The notes under the pieces: generated by a model | Database searches by the model: none | The model's input: the letters and a program-made list of their open reading frames with translations, nothing else | Told to the model about the DNA's origin: nothing | Translations under genes and position numbers: made by a program | In this document: piece by piece, positions 1-9,208 of the stretch | How the letters are laid out: each line of letters opens with the position of its first letter | How positions within the stretch are numbered: the first letter of the stretch is position 1 | IMG/VR virus record: IMGVR_UViG_3300031951_009873 | Coordinates: 1-64,000 of that record | Source: a virus | Strand: one strand, 5' to 3' | DNA: 64,000 bases

Positions 1-2
1 CA

Positions 3-185
3 GAATTCTACAAGAAGGACATCATCATTAATGTTCTTGGTCCAGTAGGTGATAAGGTTGAAGAATGGATTCTTAAGGGCGCACAAATCACCAAAGTTGA
101 ATTCGGTGAAATGAGTTGGGAAAAGGACGACCCTATGTCCATCTCATTGACCATCCAACCAGACTACTGCATCCTCAACTACTAA
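3..185 (+). CDS. Tail tube protein (T4 gp19-like), C-terminal fragment, 5'-truncated by window edge
   Basis: Manual translation EFYKKDIIINVLGPVGDKVEEWILKGAQITKVEFGEMSWEKDDPMSISLTIQPDYCILNY*; LGPxG...EEW.L.GA and the terminal 'LTI.PDY' match myophage tail tube C-termini; followed by a terminator. Confidence 0.8.
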   Translation, partial: EFYKKDIIINVLGPVGDKVEEWILKGAQITKVEFGEMSWEKDDPMSISLTIQPDYCILNY

Positions 186-200
186 TATTGTAGTAAAAGC

Positions 201-230
201 AAAAACCCCACCTAAAAAGTGGGGTTTTTT
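201..230 (+). terminator. Rho-independent (possibly bidirectional) terminator
   Basis: AAAAACCCCAC-ctaaaaa-GTGGGGTTTTTT: perfect inverted repeat with T-run, just after the tube stop codon. Confidence 0.9.
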
Positions 231-251
231 GTTATATACCAATACTTAGTG

Positions 252-260
252 ATACTTATA
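252..260 (+). promoter_or_regulatory. Putative late-promoter motif variant (ATACTTATA)
   Basis: One mismatch to ATATTTATA, which recurs upstream of structural genes; 27 nt upstream of ATG 288. Confidence 0.4.
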
Positions 261-287
261 TAAAGGTGTATTTTTTCGAGGAAGACT

Positions 288-626
288 ATGGCAGAAATTA
301 CTGAATTCAACATTGGTCAAGGGGAAACTTTCAAAATATTGACCAGCCTAGAAAATATAGATACAGATTCTTACTTAGATATAACAAATTATACATTTAC
401 TGGCCAAGTTCGTGAAAATTTTAGCACGGATGAAATTGCTGCTACATTTACGATTACAAAAATAAATCCACAGACTTCGGGAAGTTTCTATATAGAATTA
501 AGCCCTTCGGATACAAGTGCATTAACACAGCGTAAGTATGTGTATGATGTCAAGATGACCAGTGGTTCCATCACTCGTCGTGTTCTTGAAGGATACTTTG
601 TCGTTCGCCCAGCTGCTACGAGATAA
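288..626 (+). CDS. Small virion structural protein, LtfC/BppU-like fibre-attachment domain
   Basis: GETF...DITNYTFTGQVR...LSPSDT.AL...YVYDV...RVLEG.FVV.P pattern typical of this beta-sandwich family; precedes fibre genes; GAGG RBS. Confidence 0.6.
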   Translation: MAEITEFNIGQGETFKILTSLENIDTDSYLDITNYTFTGQVRENFSTDEIAATFTITKINPQTSGSFYIELSPSDTSALTQRKYVYDVKMTSGSITRRVLEGYFVVRPAATR

Positions 627-629
627 TAG

Positions 630-1709
630 ATGAGTAATTTTATCGTCAATACCGATATTCCAAATCTTCGGGTTGTTGTTAGAGAAGGTGACCAATATAA
701 TATAAACATCGTCCCAGGTAGAATTACTACACAAGTCACTGGGTCGTTTACTAGTTACGCAGATATGGCCGGAATGGCAGCATCTGCTTCATATGTTAGT
801 GGTGCAGGTGTATTCGCAGAGTTTGCAACATCGGCAAGTTATGCACAAACCGCAGAAACTATAAATTTTGCAACGGTAACAGATAATAGAAGATTTCCTG
901 TTGTATTTATCAGCGGTTCCCGTATATCCACAGATACGACAGGACATTTTGGATTTAATCCGAACACGCACACAGTAACTATTAGTGGTAGCCTTGACCA
1001 AGATGGTGGAGTCGCAAGTCTATCACCACGAAGTATACTATTCTTTTCCGGTAGTAGTTCTGCAATATTAGACAAGTATGGAATGTATGCTAATTCCGAA
1101 GGTAAACTAATAGGATTAGCATCGAACCCATCACAAATAGATCCATTTTTATCGGGTAATACCGACCCTGCAATATTTCTTACATCGGGTAGTGGATTTA
1201 ACAGTGCATACATACCAGTACAATTTCAAGCATCAGGAAGTTATACCGACGGTCGGGTAACAGTAAATACTCCACTTTTAGCAAAACAAAGTGTAGAAGT
1301 CACTGGATCAGCTACAATAACGGAATTTGTAAAATCTAATGAATACAAGTTAAATGCAGGTACAGTTTCAATCATATTCACGGGTTCAATTAATCAAGGT
1401 ATATTTGGGGTAACTGAATATATCCAACCCTACATTTCTACCACAGAATACTCAGGAATGACAGTAGAATACCTCGCCCAACGACCAGGCGCATGCAGAA
1501 TGGGTATTATTATGGCATCGTGGTTAGATACAGCCAGTATTGTATTTACTGATATTTCCACTACCGATATCGGGGATACAAGTGATATAACATTTAGATT
1601 TTTAAGTAGTTCAAATGAATTACGGTTACGGGTCAATAGTGACGGGTCAGGCAGTGGAGCTTGGACTGTACAAAGTTTATTCAAATTGTTTCCAAATTTG
1701 AGTTCTTAA
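630..1709 (+). CDS. Virion fibre/decoration protein
   Basis: ASASY/SASYA motifs, Ser/Gly/Thr rich; C-terminal domain (R.G.I.A.W...FTD.ST.D.G.T.D) shared with the 1758..4214 product. Confidence 0.55.
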   Translation: MSNFIVNTDIPNLRVVVREGDQYNINIVPGRITTQVTGSFTSYADMAGMAASASYVSGAGVFAEFATSASYAQTAETINFATVTDNRRFPVVFISGSRISTDTTGHFGFNPNTHTVTISGSLDQDGGVASLSPRSILFFSGSSSAILDKYGMYANSEGKLIGLASNPSQIDPFLSGNTDPAIFLTSGSGFNSAYIPVQFQASGSYTDGRVTVNTPLLAKQSVEVTGSATITEFVKSNEYKLNAGTVSIIFTGSINQGIFGVTEYIQPYISTTEYSGMTVEYLAQRPGACRMGIIMASWLDTASIVFTDISTTDIGDTSDITFRFLSSSNELRLRVNSDGSGSGAWTVQSLFKLFPNLSS

Positions 1710-1720
1710 AGAAGTATTTA

Positions 1721-1729
1721 ATATTTATA
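1721..1729 (+). promoter_or_regulatory. Putative late-promoter motif ATATTTATA
   Basis: Intergenic, 28 nt upstream of ATG 1758; the same motif occurs at 9172, 51509 and 56462. Confidence 0.55.
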
Positions 1730-1757
1730 TACAATAAAACCCCGTTGGGAGAACCGT

Positions 1758-4214
1758 ATGGCAAATGAATTTATTGCACGTAAAGGTCTGATAGTCCTTG
1801 CGAATGGCGCGAAGGTAACAGGCTCTTTAGGTGTTCAAGGTGATATTAACGCAACTGGCTACAATGTCACGGCATCAAACCTCCAGTTACTTGGAAGTGC
1901 AAGTATCAATGGTGACATTACCGTTGGCGGAAATCTTACAGTCGGTAATGCGGATATTGATGTCGTCAAGTTCCTGGCCGAAGTTAGTTCATCTATCGTA
2001 CCAGATATTAATAATTCGTTTGACCTTGGGTCTGGTTCTAAGTCATGGAAAGACTTATATGTGAGTGGAACCGCATATGTTAACAATGTTGCAGCAACAA
2101 GTATAACTGGTTCAATAACCGGTTCGTTTACTGGTAATGTAAACGCAACAACATTTAGTTTTGATATAGACGGATTTGGTAGCGACCTAACTGGTATCAC
2201 AGTTGCCGGTACAGACAAATTAATATTATCAGATGGTGGCACCGATGGTCGTATCAATGTCAGTCAACTCGCTACACCACTTGCAGGAACTGGACTTGAA
2301 GCAGATGCAGGTACCATTCGTATCGCATCATCAGCAGCAGGTTCTGGTTTAACTGGTGGGGCGGGTTCCGCACTTGCAGTTGGTGCAGGTAGTGGTATTA
2401 CAGTAAACCCAGAAGATGTCGAACTTAATACTGGATCTGCACATTTCGTAACTGGTGCAAGAGCAACCATTTCATCCACTGATACTACAGGTGCAAGTGG
2501 TATTAATCTTAGATACAATCCTGCAACTGGTGTCATCTCTGGTTCTCTTGTTAATAGTTCAGTAACAGTAAGTGCAGGTAGTGGTTTAAGTGGCGGTGGT
2601 TCAGTTAGTCTTGGTGGTACTACTACAGTCACACTTGATACATCATCTGCTCACTTTACTGGTGGTGTTAAGGCTAAATTAAACGTAGATAATGTTGTCA
2701 GTAGTTCAATACAAATTGACCACGATGCAACTACAAACTTTGTAGCAAACGAACACATCGACCACACTGCAGTCAGTATCACAGCAGGTTCTGGTTTAAG
2801 TGGTGGTGGTGACATTACCACAACTCGTACAATCACACTTGATACATCATCTTCTCACTTTAACGATGGTGTCAAGACTAAGTTAAACACAGAAGGTATA
2901 TTCAGTAGTTCTGTACAAACCGATGTTCGTAACACCACTGGTATTGCAACCATTGCAACTACTGGTTCAAACACCTTTACTGGTATTCAAACAATCAGTA
3001 ACACTACCAACAGTACAAATTTTGCAGATGGTGCATTAATTGTACAAGGTGGTGTTGGTATCACTAAGGATGTAAACATCTCTGGTAGTTTGACCGTTAC
3101 TGGATTGTTGACCGCAGTATCCAGTTCTATCCAATATGTTACATCTTCACAACTTAATATCGGTTTAAGCAGAATCACGGTAAATGACGATGACCTAGTA
3201 AGATTTGCTGGTCTATCCGTTATTGATTCTGGTTCTACATTTGGTACTGGTTCACTACTTTGGGACAGTCTGAATAATCACTGGATAGCTGAAGTTGACG
3301 ACCAAAATTATAATTCTACTATTTTAATTGGTGGTCCAAAAAATAGTGGTTCACTTGGAAGTGAAATTGGATTAACCGCAAATCGTGTTCCAGTAGCAGT
3401 AGACACAAACCACATTGATAGTAGACTAGAATCAAGTTCTATCCGTGTTGATTTCCCATCACGACTTACTCATATTGAAGCTGGACTGGTTGTAACGGGG
3501 TCAGTAACATCTTCAGTAGGATTCTCTGGTGATGGTAGTCAACTTACAGGTATCGTTACAGAACTTGCACTTACTGGTTCAGATGGTGGTACGGGTACTG
3601 TCTCACTTAAGACACAAGCACTTACTGTAGATGGTACAAATGGTCTAACCGCAACCGTTAGTGGTCAAACTATTACCATCAGTGGTAGTAATGCAACAAC
3701 AACTACAAAGGGTGTTGCATCATTTACTGGTTCAAACTTTACCGTCATTGGTGGTGAAGTAAGTTCCAATCCAATTAATTTCAACGGTGCAAATATCAAT
3801 CTTGGTGGGACGCATTCATTTGGTCTTGCAAACATTACTTCACAAGGTGCAAGTACTGCCGACCAAGTTACATTCAACGGTGGGGCAATTGTACATGGTG
3901 TTCTCTTTACTTCTGGTAGTAATCTAGATATTGATAGTGGTACAGAAGTTATTGCATCGGTATCAACTGGAAGTTTTGACGCAGCATACTTTGATTATGT
4001 TGTAAAGAAAGAAAGTAACTATAGAGCAGGTACCGTGACCGCAGTATGGGAAGCAGGTACAGGTAACGTTGAATTTACCGATGTATCTACCAACGACTTA
4101 GGAAATACTGCAGATGTAGTACTCTCAGTAGACCTAGCTTCAGCAACCGCACGGTTGAAGGCAACGGTAACCTCAGACAATTGGATAGTTAAGACCGCAG
4201 TAAGAGCATTATAA
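1758..4214 (+). CDS. Tail fibre-like virion protein (818 aa)
   Basis: [12 protein letters not shown]-terminus shared with the next gene; repeated AGSGL.GGG and LDTSS.HF motifs; FDLGS.SK.WKDLYV fibre motif. Confidence 0.7.
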   Translation: MANEFIARKGLIVLANGAKVTGSLGVQGDINATGYNVTASNLQLLGSASINGDITVGGNLTVGNADIDVVKFLAEVSSSIVPDINNSFDLGSGSKSWKDLYVSGTAYVNNVAATSITGSITGSFTGNVNATTFSFDIDGFGSDLTGITVAGTDKLILSDGGTDGRINVSQLATPLAGTGLEADAGTIRIASSAAGSGLTGGAGSALAVGAGSGITVNPEDVELNTGSAHFVTGARATISSTDTTGASGINLRYNPATGVISGSLVNSSVTVSAGSGLSGGGSVSLGGTTTVTLDTSSAHFTGGVKAKLNVDNVVSSSIQIDHDATTNFVANEHIDHTAVSITAGSGLSGGGDITTTRTITLDTSSSHFNDGVKTKLNTEGIFSSSVQTDVRNTTGIATIATTGSNTFTGIQTISNTTNSTNFADGALIVQGGVGITKDVNISGSLTVTGLLTAVSSSIQYVTSSQLNIGLSRITVNDDDLVRFAGLSVIDSGSTFGTGSLLWDSLNNHWIAEVDDQNYNSTILIGGPKNSGSLGSEIGLTANRVPVAVDTNHIDSRLESSSIRVDFPSRLTHIEAGLVVTGSVTSSVGFSGDGSQLTGIVTELALTGSDGGTGTVSLKTQALTVDGTNGLTATVSGQTITISGSNATTTTKGVASFTGSNFTVIGGEVSSNPINFNGANINLGGTHSFGLANITSQGASTADQVTFNGGAIVHGVLFTSGSNLDIDSGTEVIASVSTGSFDAAYFDYVVKKESNYRAGTVTAVWEAGTGNVEFTDVSTNDLGNTADVVLSVDLASATARLKATVTSDNWIVKTAVRAL

Positions 4215-4278
4215 GATAATAAGTAAAAAGGTTGTAATACAATAGAAACTTACCTTTGGATAATGAAGAAGGGGAAAT

Positions 4279-7200
4279 ATGGCAAATGAATTTATAGCCA
4301 GAAAGGGACTGGTTGTCCCTACTGGTAGTATAATAGTTTCATCTGGTTCGGTTACCGCAAATGATTTCTTCGGAACTGCAAGTCGAGCAGTTACCGCATC
4401 ATTTGCGTTAAACGCAGCAGGTTCAGGATTCCCCTTCAGTGGTAGTGCAGTCATCACCGGGTCACTTAATGTAACCCAGGCGGTGACTGCATCGTTTTTT
4501 AAGGGTGACGGGTCACAAATTACAGGATTAAATACTTTAAGTAGTTCAGTAAATATTGATACACATACTTTCCAAGGTGATGGCTCTACCTCAAACTTTG
4601 TATTATCTCAAAGTTATGAACTGTCCTCATTATTTGTTTCTGTCGATGGATTATCGCAAACAAGTATCACAGACTATAGTATATCAACAAACATTCTTTC
4701 ATTTGTAGAAGCACCGCCTTCACAATCAAGTATATTAGTTAGAGCCTTAATAAATGTAACCCAAGGTGCTACGGGTTCATTTAGTGGTTCATTTCAAGGT
4801 GTAATTACAAGTGCAAGTTATGCAGAAACCGCTAGTTTTGCACTAACCCCATCAGGAACTTCTGGTAGTTCGGGAACGTCGGGTACATCGGGTAGTTCTG
4901 GAAGTACAGGCACCTCGGGTTCATCAGGTAGCACAGGAACTTCGGGTAGTTCCGGTTCAACAGGAACGTCTGGTTCATCTGGATCAAGTGGTATAGATGG
5001 TACTTCAGGAACATCAGGTTCATCAGGAACCTCTGGTAGTTCTGGTTCTACGGGAACCTCAGGTAGCTCGGGAAGTACAGGAACGTCTGGTAGTAGTGGT
5101 AGCACGGGTACCTCTGGTAGCTCGGGTTCAACCGGTACATCGGGTAGTTCAGGCACATCTGGTACTTCTGGTTCAAGTGGGACTGCTGGTTCTTCTGGAA
5201 CAAGTGGTACGCTTACATTAACGGGTACCACAGATAATGGATTGATTACTCTCAATGGTTCAGCTCCAAATGCAACCGTAGAAAGTAATCTTACCTTTGA
5301 TGGTAATTCGTTAGTAGTTACAGGAGCAATCACAGCAAGTACTATACGAGTTAATGGTACTGCATCATTACGATATTTAGAAACACAATTTGTAACCGCT
5401 TCAGTTATCTATGAAAGTGGTTCTACTAAGTTTGGTGACAGCTTTGATGATGTACATCAACGCACTGGTTCACTAGAAATTACTGGCTCACTTGTAATAA
5501 ACGGAACTTCGTATACCGCAGCAACTTCTGGAACATCAGGTACTGCAGGAAGCGCGGGCACATCAGGAAGTAGTGGTACTTCTGGAACATCTGGTTCATC
5601 AGGCAGTACCGGAACCTCAGGCAGTTCAGGAACATCAGGCAGTTCTGGTTCTTCAGGAACAACAGGAACTAGTGGAAGTAGTGGAACTTCGGGAGAAAAT
5701 GGAAGTAGCGGAACCTCTGGTAGTTCGGGCACAACAGGAACTAGTGGTAGTGCAGGAACTTCAGGTTCTTCCGGTAGTTCGGGTACTTCAGGAAGCGCCG
5801 GTACATCAGGTACCGCTGGTAGTAGCGGTAGTACGGGAACCTCTGGAAGCGCAGGAACAGCTGGTAGTAGTGGAACAAGTGGTTCTTCTGGGTCAACGGG
5901 CACCTCAGGGTCAAGCGGTTCAACTGGAACTTCTGGTAGTAGCGGCTCAACAGGAACATCCGGTAGTAGCGGTAGTACAGGAACTTCAGGTTCATCCGGA
6001 TCAACAGGTTCATCTGGAACCAGTGGAAGTTCGGGAAGTACTGGTACAAGCGGATCAGCAGGAACAAGTGGTACTACCGGTAGCTCAGGAACATCAGGTA
6101 CATTAACGCTCACAGGCACCACTGATAATGGATTAATTACATTAAATGGAACCGCACCAAACGCAACCGTAGAAAGCAACTTAACATTTGACGGCAGTAC
6201 CTTAACAGTGGTTGGTAATGAAGTTATATCCGGTTCCACTACAATTACAGGTAACCTCACAGTTCTTGGGTCATCATCAATTGGATATCTTACCCAAAGT
6301 CAATTAAATATCGGTACCAATTTAATCACAGTTAATGCACTCAATCCTGAATTCCGTTTTGGAGGATTAGCTGTTATTGATTCAGGATCATCACCAAAAG
6401 TTAGTGGTTCGTTATTATTTGATTCCATTAATGACCAATGGATATTCATTCATCAACAAGTAGCAGGGGCAGGTACTACATCATCCGTATTATTAATGGG
6501 CCCGCAAACCTTTAATGATGTTGGGAACGAAACGAATTTAAGTACAAATAGAATTCCAAAGAGTAATAACTCAGAACATCTCTCAGACTCCATCATTACG
6601 GATAATGGGTCGCAAATAACTGTTAGTGGGTCGGTATCTGCATCCTCATTTACAAGTTCTATTTCAAACGGAGTTGGCTTCTTTGGCACCGCATCTTATG
6701 CATTAACTCCTGCGGGAACTGCGGGTAGTAGTGGAACATCTGGTAGCTCTGGCACATCAGGTTCATCAGGTAGTACAGGAACCTCTGGTAGCAGTGGTAG
6801 TGCGGGAACCTCTGGCTCGTCTGGAAGTACGGGAACATCAGGAAGCTCAGGAACAACAGGTACTTCTGGAAGTTCGGGTACATCTGGAGCAGGGGGAAGT
6901 TCTGGAACCAGTGGAACAGCTGGTAGTTCGGGAACTACTGGAACTAGTGGCAGCGCAGGAACTTCTGGTTCGGCAGGAACTAGTGGTAGCGCAGGTACAT
7001 CTGGAACCGCAGGTAGTTCTGGTACTTCTGGAGCAAATGGTTCATCTGGCACTTCTGGCTCATCAGGAAGTAGTGGAACTACGGGAACCAGCGGTAGTTC
7101 GGGTACTTCTGGAGCAAACGGTAGTTCCGGTACCTCTGGTAGTTCAGGAACATCAGGCAGTTCTGGTACGTCGGGCTCATCAGGAAGTAGTGGAACTACG

Positions 7201-9138
7201 GGAACCAGTGGTAGTTCAGGCTCCACAGGAACAAGCGGTTCTTCTGGTAGTACAGGTACATCTGGAAGTAGCGGTAGTACTGGAACATCTGGATCTTCTG
7301 GAACAGCTGGTAGTTCTGGTACTTCTGGGGCAGGAACCATTAGTGGCGGAGCAGCCAACAGAGTTGCATTCTACTCAGGAGAAACATCACTCACAGGAAG
7401 TGCAAATCTTACCTATGATGGTAATTCACTAGTAGTTACTGGTCCTCTTACTGCAAGTGCTTTAAGAGTTAATGGTACAGCATCAATTAGATATTTAGAA
7501 ACACAATTCGTAACATCATCTATTATCTTTGAATCTGGTTCTACAAAATTTGGTGATAGTTTTGATGATGTTCACCAAAGAACTGGTTCGCTAGCAATTA
7601 CCGGTTCGTTAACTATAAATGGTACCTCGTATACAGCAGCAACTTCTGGAACATCGGGTACTTCTGGTAGCGCAGGTACATCAGGCACCAGCGGTAGTTC
7701 AGGTACCTCTGGTAGTTCTGGTTCTACGGGAACAAGCGGTTCATCAGGTACATCCGGATCATCTGGCACATCAGGTAGCTCAGGATCTACAGGTACCTCA
7801 GGCTCATCTGGAACCACTGGTACATCAGGTTCTTCTGGAAGCACTGGTTCATCGGGTACCTCGGGTTCTTCTGGAACTACGGGCACATCTGGAAGTTCTG
7901 GTACCAGTGGCTCTTCAGGAAGTTCTGGTACAACCGGGTCTAGTGGTACCACGGGAAGTAGTGGTACTTCGGGTACATTAACATTAACTGGTACTAAAGA
8001 TAATGGTTTAATTACCTTAAACGGGTCTGCCCCAAACGCCTCGGTCGAAAGTAATCTAACCTTTGATGGAAATTTATTAACCGCTATCGGTAGTGGTAAT
8101 TATCAAGCAGCAATTAGTGGAAGTACTGCTGCAGCATATACACAATTGTATATCAACGGTACTGGTCGTGCTTATGGCATTGGTGTTGGTAACGCAAGTG
8201 AAACTACATACGGTGTAGCAAACGAATTCTTCCTATTTGACCACAATGCAGCAGCAATGCGATTGGCAGTTGATATCAATGGTAACATTGGTGTCGGTAC
8301 AACCAGTCCAGTAAACAGATTACAAATTGCGGGTAATGTCTCAGCGTCATCATATACCAGTTCTATTTCTAACGCAGTAGGATTCTTTGGTACCAGTAGT
8401 GTAGCAGTATCTTCGTCACATGCAACCACCGCATCATTCGCACTAAATGCTGGTGGAGCTGGTTTCCCATTCAGTGGTAGTGCAGTTATTACGGGTTCAT
8501 TGTATGTATCGGGTAGTAATATCTCTGGGTCATTTGTTGGCGATGGTAGTGGATTAACCAATGTAAACGCCGCACTGAATGTAATTGAATCTTCATTTGT
8601 TGGAGATGGTACCACCACATCATATTCACTGGGAGCTAGTTATCCAGCAAAATCATTAATTGTTACAGTGGATGGATTAAGATTTAATGCTCCAGACGAT
8701 TTCACTATGTCTGGAAACAATGTAGTATTTACCTCAGCACCACCATCTTCATCAACAATATTCGTTTCGGCGCTAATAAACACCGCAACAAATGTTACGG
8801 GGTCATTTAGTGGGTCATTCTTTGGTAATATTGCTAGTGCAAGTTTCGCAACTAGTGCGTCATATGTACAACCAAGCGGGTTACCATCTGGTGTAGTCTC
8901 AGCTTCTTCACAAATTAGTATAGTGGCTGATAACCATGCATTAGTGGGGGACGGGACCACTACTATATACACACTATCCCAATCGTATTCGCCGGCAATA
9001 CTAACGGTGTCGATTGATGGATTGGTAAATACATTGACGGAAGATTATACAGTATCTACGAATCAACTCACATTCGTTTCCGCACCTCCGTCCTCGTCAA
9101 ATATCTTGGTAAAAGGTATTAGAATAGCACTAATATAG
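4279..9138 (+). CDS. Long collagen-like (Gly-Ser/Thr) fibre protein (1619 aa)
   Basis: Four Gly-X-Y tracts separated by repeated globular modules; three GDG.T..(F/Y).L...V.(V/I)DGL...D(Y/F)...APPS.S.I domains; [10 protein letters not shown] fibre motif. Confidence 0.75.
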   Translation: MANEFIARKGLVVPTGSIIVSSGSVTANDFFGTASRAVTASFALNAAGSGFPFSGSAVITGSLNVTQAVTASFFKGDGSQITGLNTLSSSVNIDTHTFQGDGSTSNFVLSQSYELSSLFVSVDGLSQTSITDYSISTNILSFVEAPPSQSSILVRALINVTQGATGSFSGSFQGVITSASYAETASFALTPSGTSGSSGTSGTSGSSGSTGTSGSSGSTGTSGSSGSTGTSGSSGSSGIDGTSGTSGSSGTSGSSGSTGTSGSSGSTGTSGSSGSTGTSGSSGSTGTSGSSGTSGTSGSSGTAGSSGTSGTLTLTGTTDNGLITLNGSAPNATVESNLTFDGNSLVVTGAITASTIRVNGTASLRYLETQFVTASVIYESGSTKFGDSFDDVHQRTGSLEITGSLVINGTSYTAATSGTSGTAGSAGTSGSSGTSGTSGSSGSTGTSGSSGTSGSSGSSGTTGTSGSSGTSGENGSSGTSGSSGTTGTSGSAGTSGSSGSSGTSGSAGTSGTAGSSGSTGTSGSAGTAGSSGTSGSSGSTGTSGSSGSTGTSGSSGSTGTSGSSGSTGTSGSSGSTGSSGTSGSSGSTGTSGSAGTSGTTGSSGTSGTLTLTGTTDNGLITLNGTAPNATVESNLTFDGSTLTVVGNEVISGSTTITGNLTVLGSSSIGYLTQSQLNIGTNLITVNALNPEFRFGGLAVIDSGSSPKVSGSLLFDSINDQWIFIHQQVAGAGTTSSVLLMGPQTFNDVGNETNLSTNRIPKSNNSEHLSDSIITDNGSQITVSGSVSASSFTSSISNGVGFFGTASYALTPAGTAGSSGTSGSSGTSGSSGSTGTSGSSGSAGTSGSSGSTGTSGSSGTTGTSGSSGTSGAGGSSGTSGTAGSSGTTGTSGSAGTSGSAGTSGSAGTSGTAGSSGTSGANGSSGTSGSSGSSGTTGTSGSSGTSGANGSSGTSGSSGTSGSSGTSGSSGSSGTTGTSGSSGSTGTSGSSGSTGTSGSSGSTGTSGSSGTAGSSGTSGAGTISGGAANRVAFYSGETSLTGSANLTYDGNSLVVTGPLTASALRVNGTASIRYLETQFVTSSIIFESGSTKFGDSFDDVHQRTGSLAITGSLTINGTSYTAATSGTSGTSGSAGTSGTSGSSGTSGSSGSTGTSGSSGTSGSSGTSGSSGSTGTSGSSGTTGTSGSSGSTGSSGTSGSSGTTGTSGSSGTSGSSGSSGTTGSSGTTGSSGTSGTLTLTGTKDNGLITLNGSAPNASVESNLTFDGNLLTAIGSGNYQAAISGSTAAAYTQLYINGTGRAYGIGVGNASETTYGVANEFFLFDHNAAAMRLAVDINGNIGVGTTSPVNRLQIAGNVSASSYTSSISNAVGFFGTSSVAVSSSHATTASFALNAGGAGFPFSGSAVITGSLYVSGSNISGSFVGDGSGLTNVNAALNVIESSFVGDGTTTSYSLGASYPAKSLIVTVDGLRFNAPDDFTMSGNNVVFTSAPPSSSTIFVSALINTATNVTGSFSGSFFGNIASASFATSASYVQPSGLPSGVVSASSQISIVADNHALVGDGTTTIYTLSQSYSPAILTVSIDGLVNTLTEDYTVSTNQLTFVSAPPSSSNILVKGIRIALI
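4855..5214 (+). repeat. Gly-X-Y tract 1 (40 triplets, GTS/GSS/GST)
   Basis: Gly at every third residue, counted from the translation; no Pro. Confidence 0.9.
5530..6105 (+). repeat. Gly-X-Y tract 2 (~64 triplets)
   Basis: 9-nt period GGN-ACN/TCN/AGY repeats; length from coordinates. Confidence 0.9.
6715..7326 (+). repeat. Gly-X-Y tract 3 (~68 triplets)
   Basis: GTA GSS GTS... through GTS before GAGTISGG. Confidence 0.9.
7648..7980 (+). repeat. Gly-X-Y tract 4 (~37 triplets)
   Basis: GTS GTS GSA... through GTL. Confidence 0.9.
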
Positions 9139-9171
9139 AGGTAAAAAAATGGTTTTATTAGAGGTTTCTTT

Positions 9172-9180
9172 ATATTTATA
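9172..9180 (+). promoter_or_regulatory. Putative late-promoter motif ATATTTATA
   Basis: Intergenic, 28 nt upstream of ATG 9209. Confidence 0.55.
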
Positions 9181-9208
9181 TCAGATAACTCATTTTTAGA
9201 GATTATAA

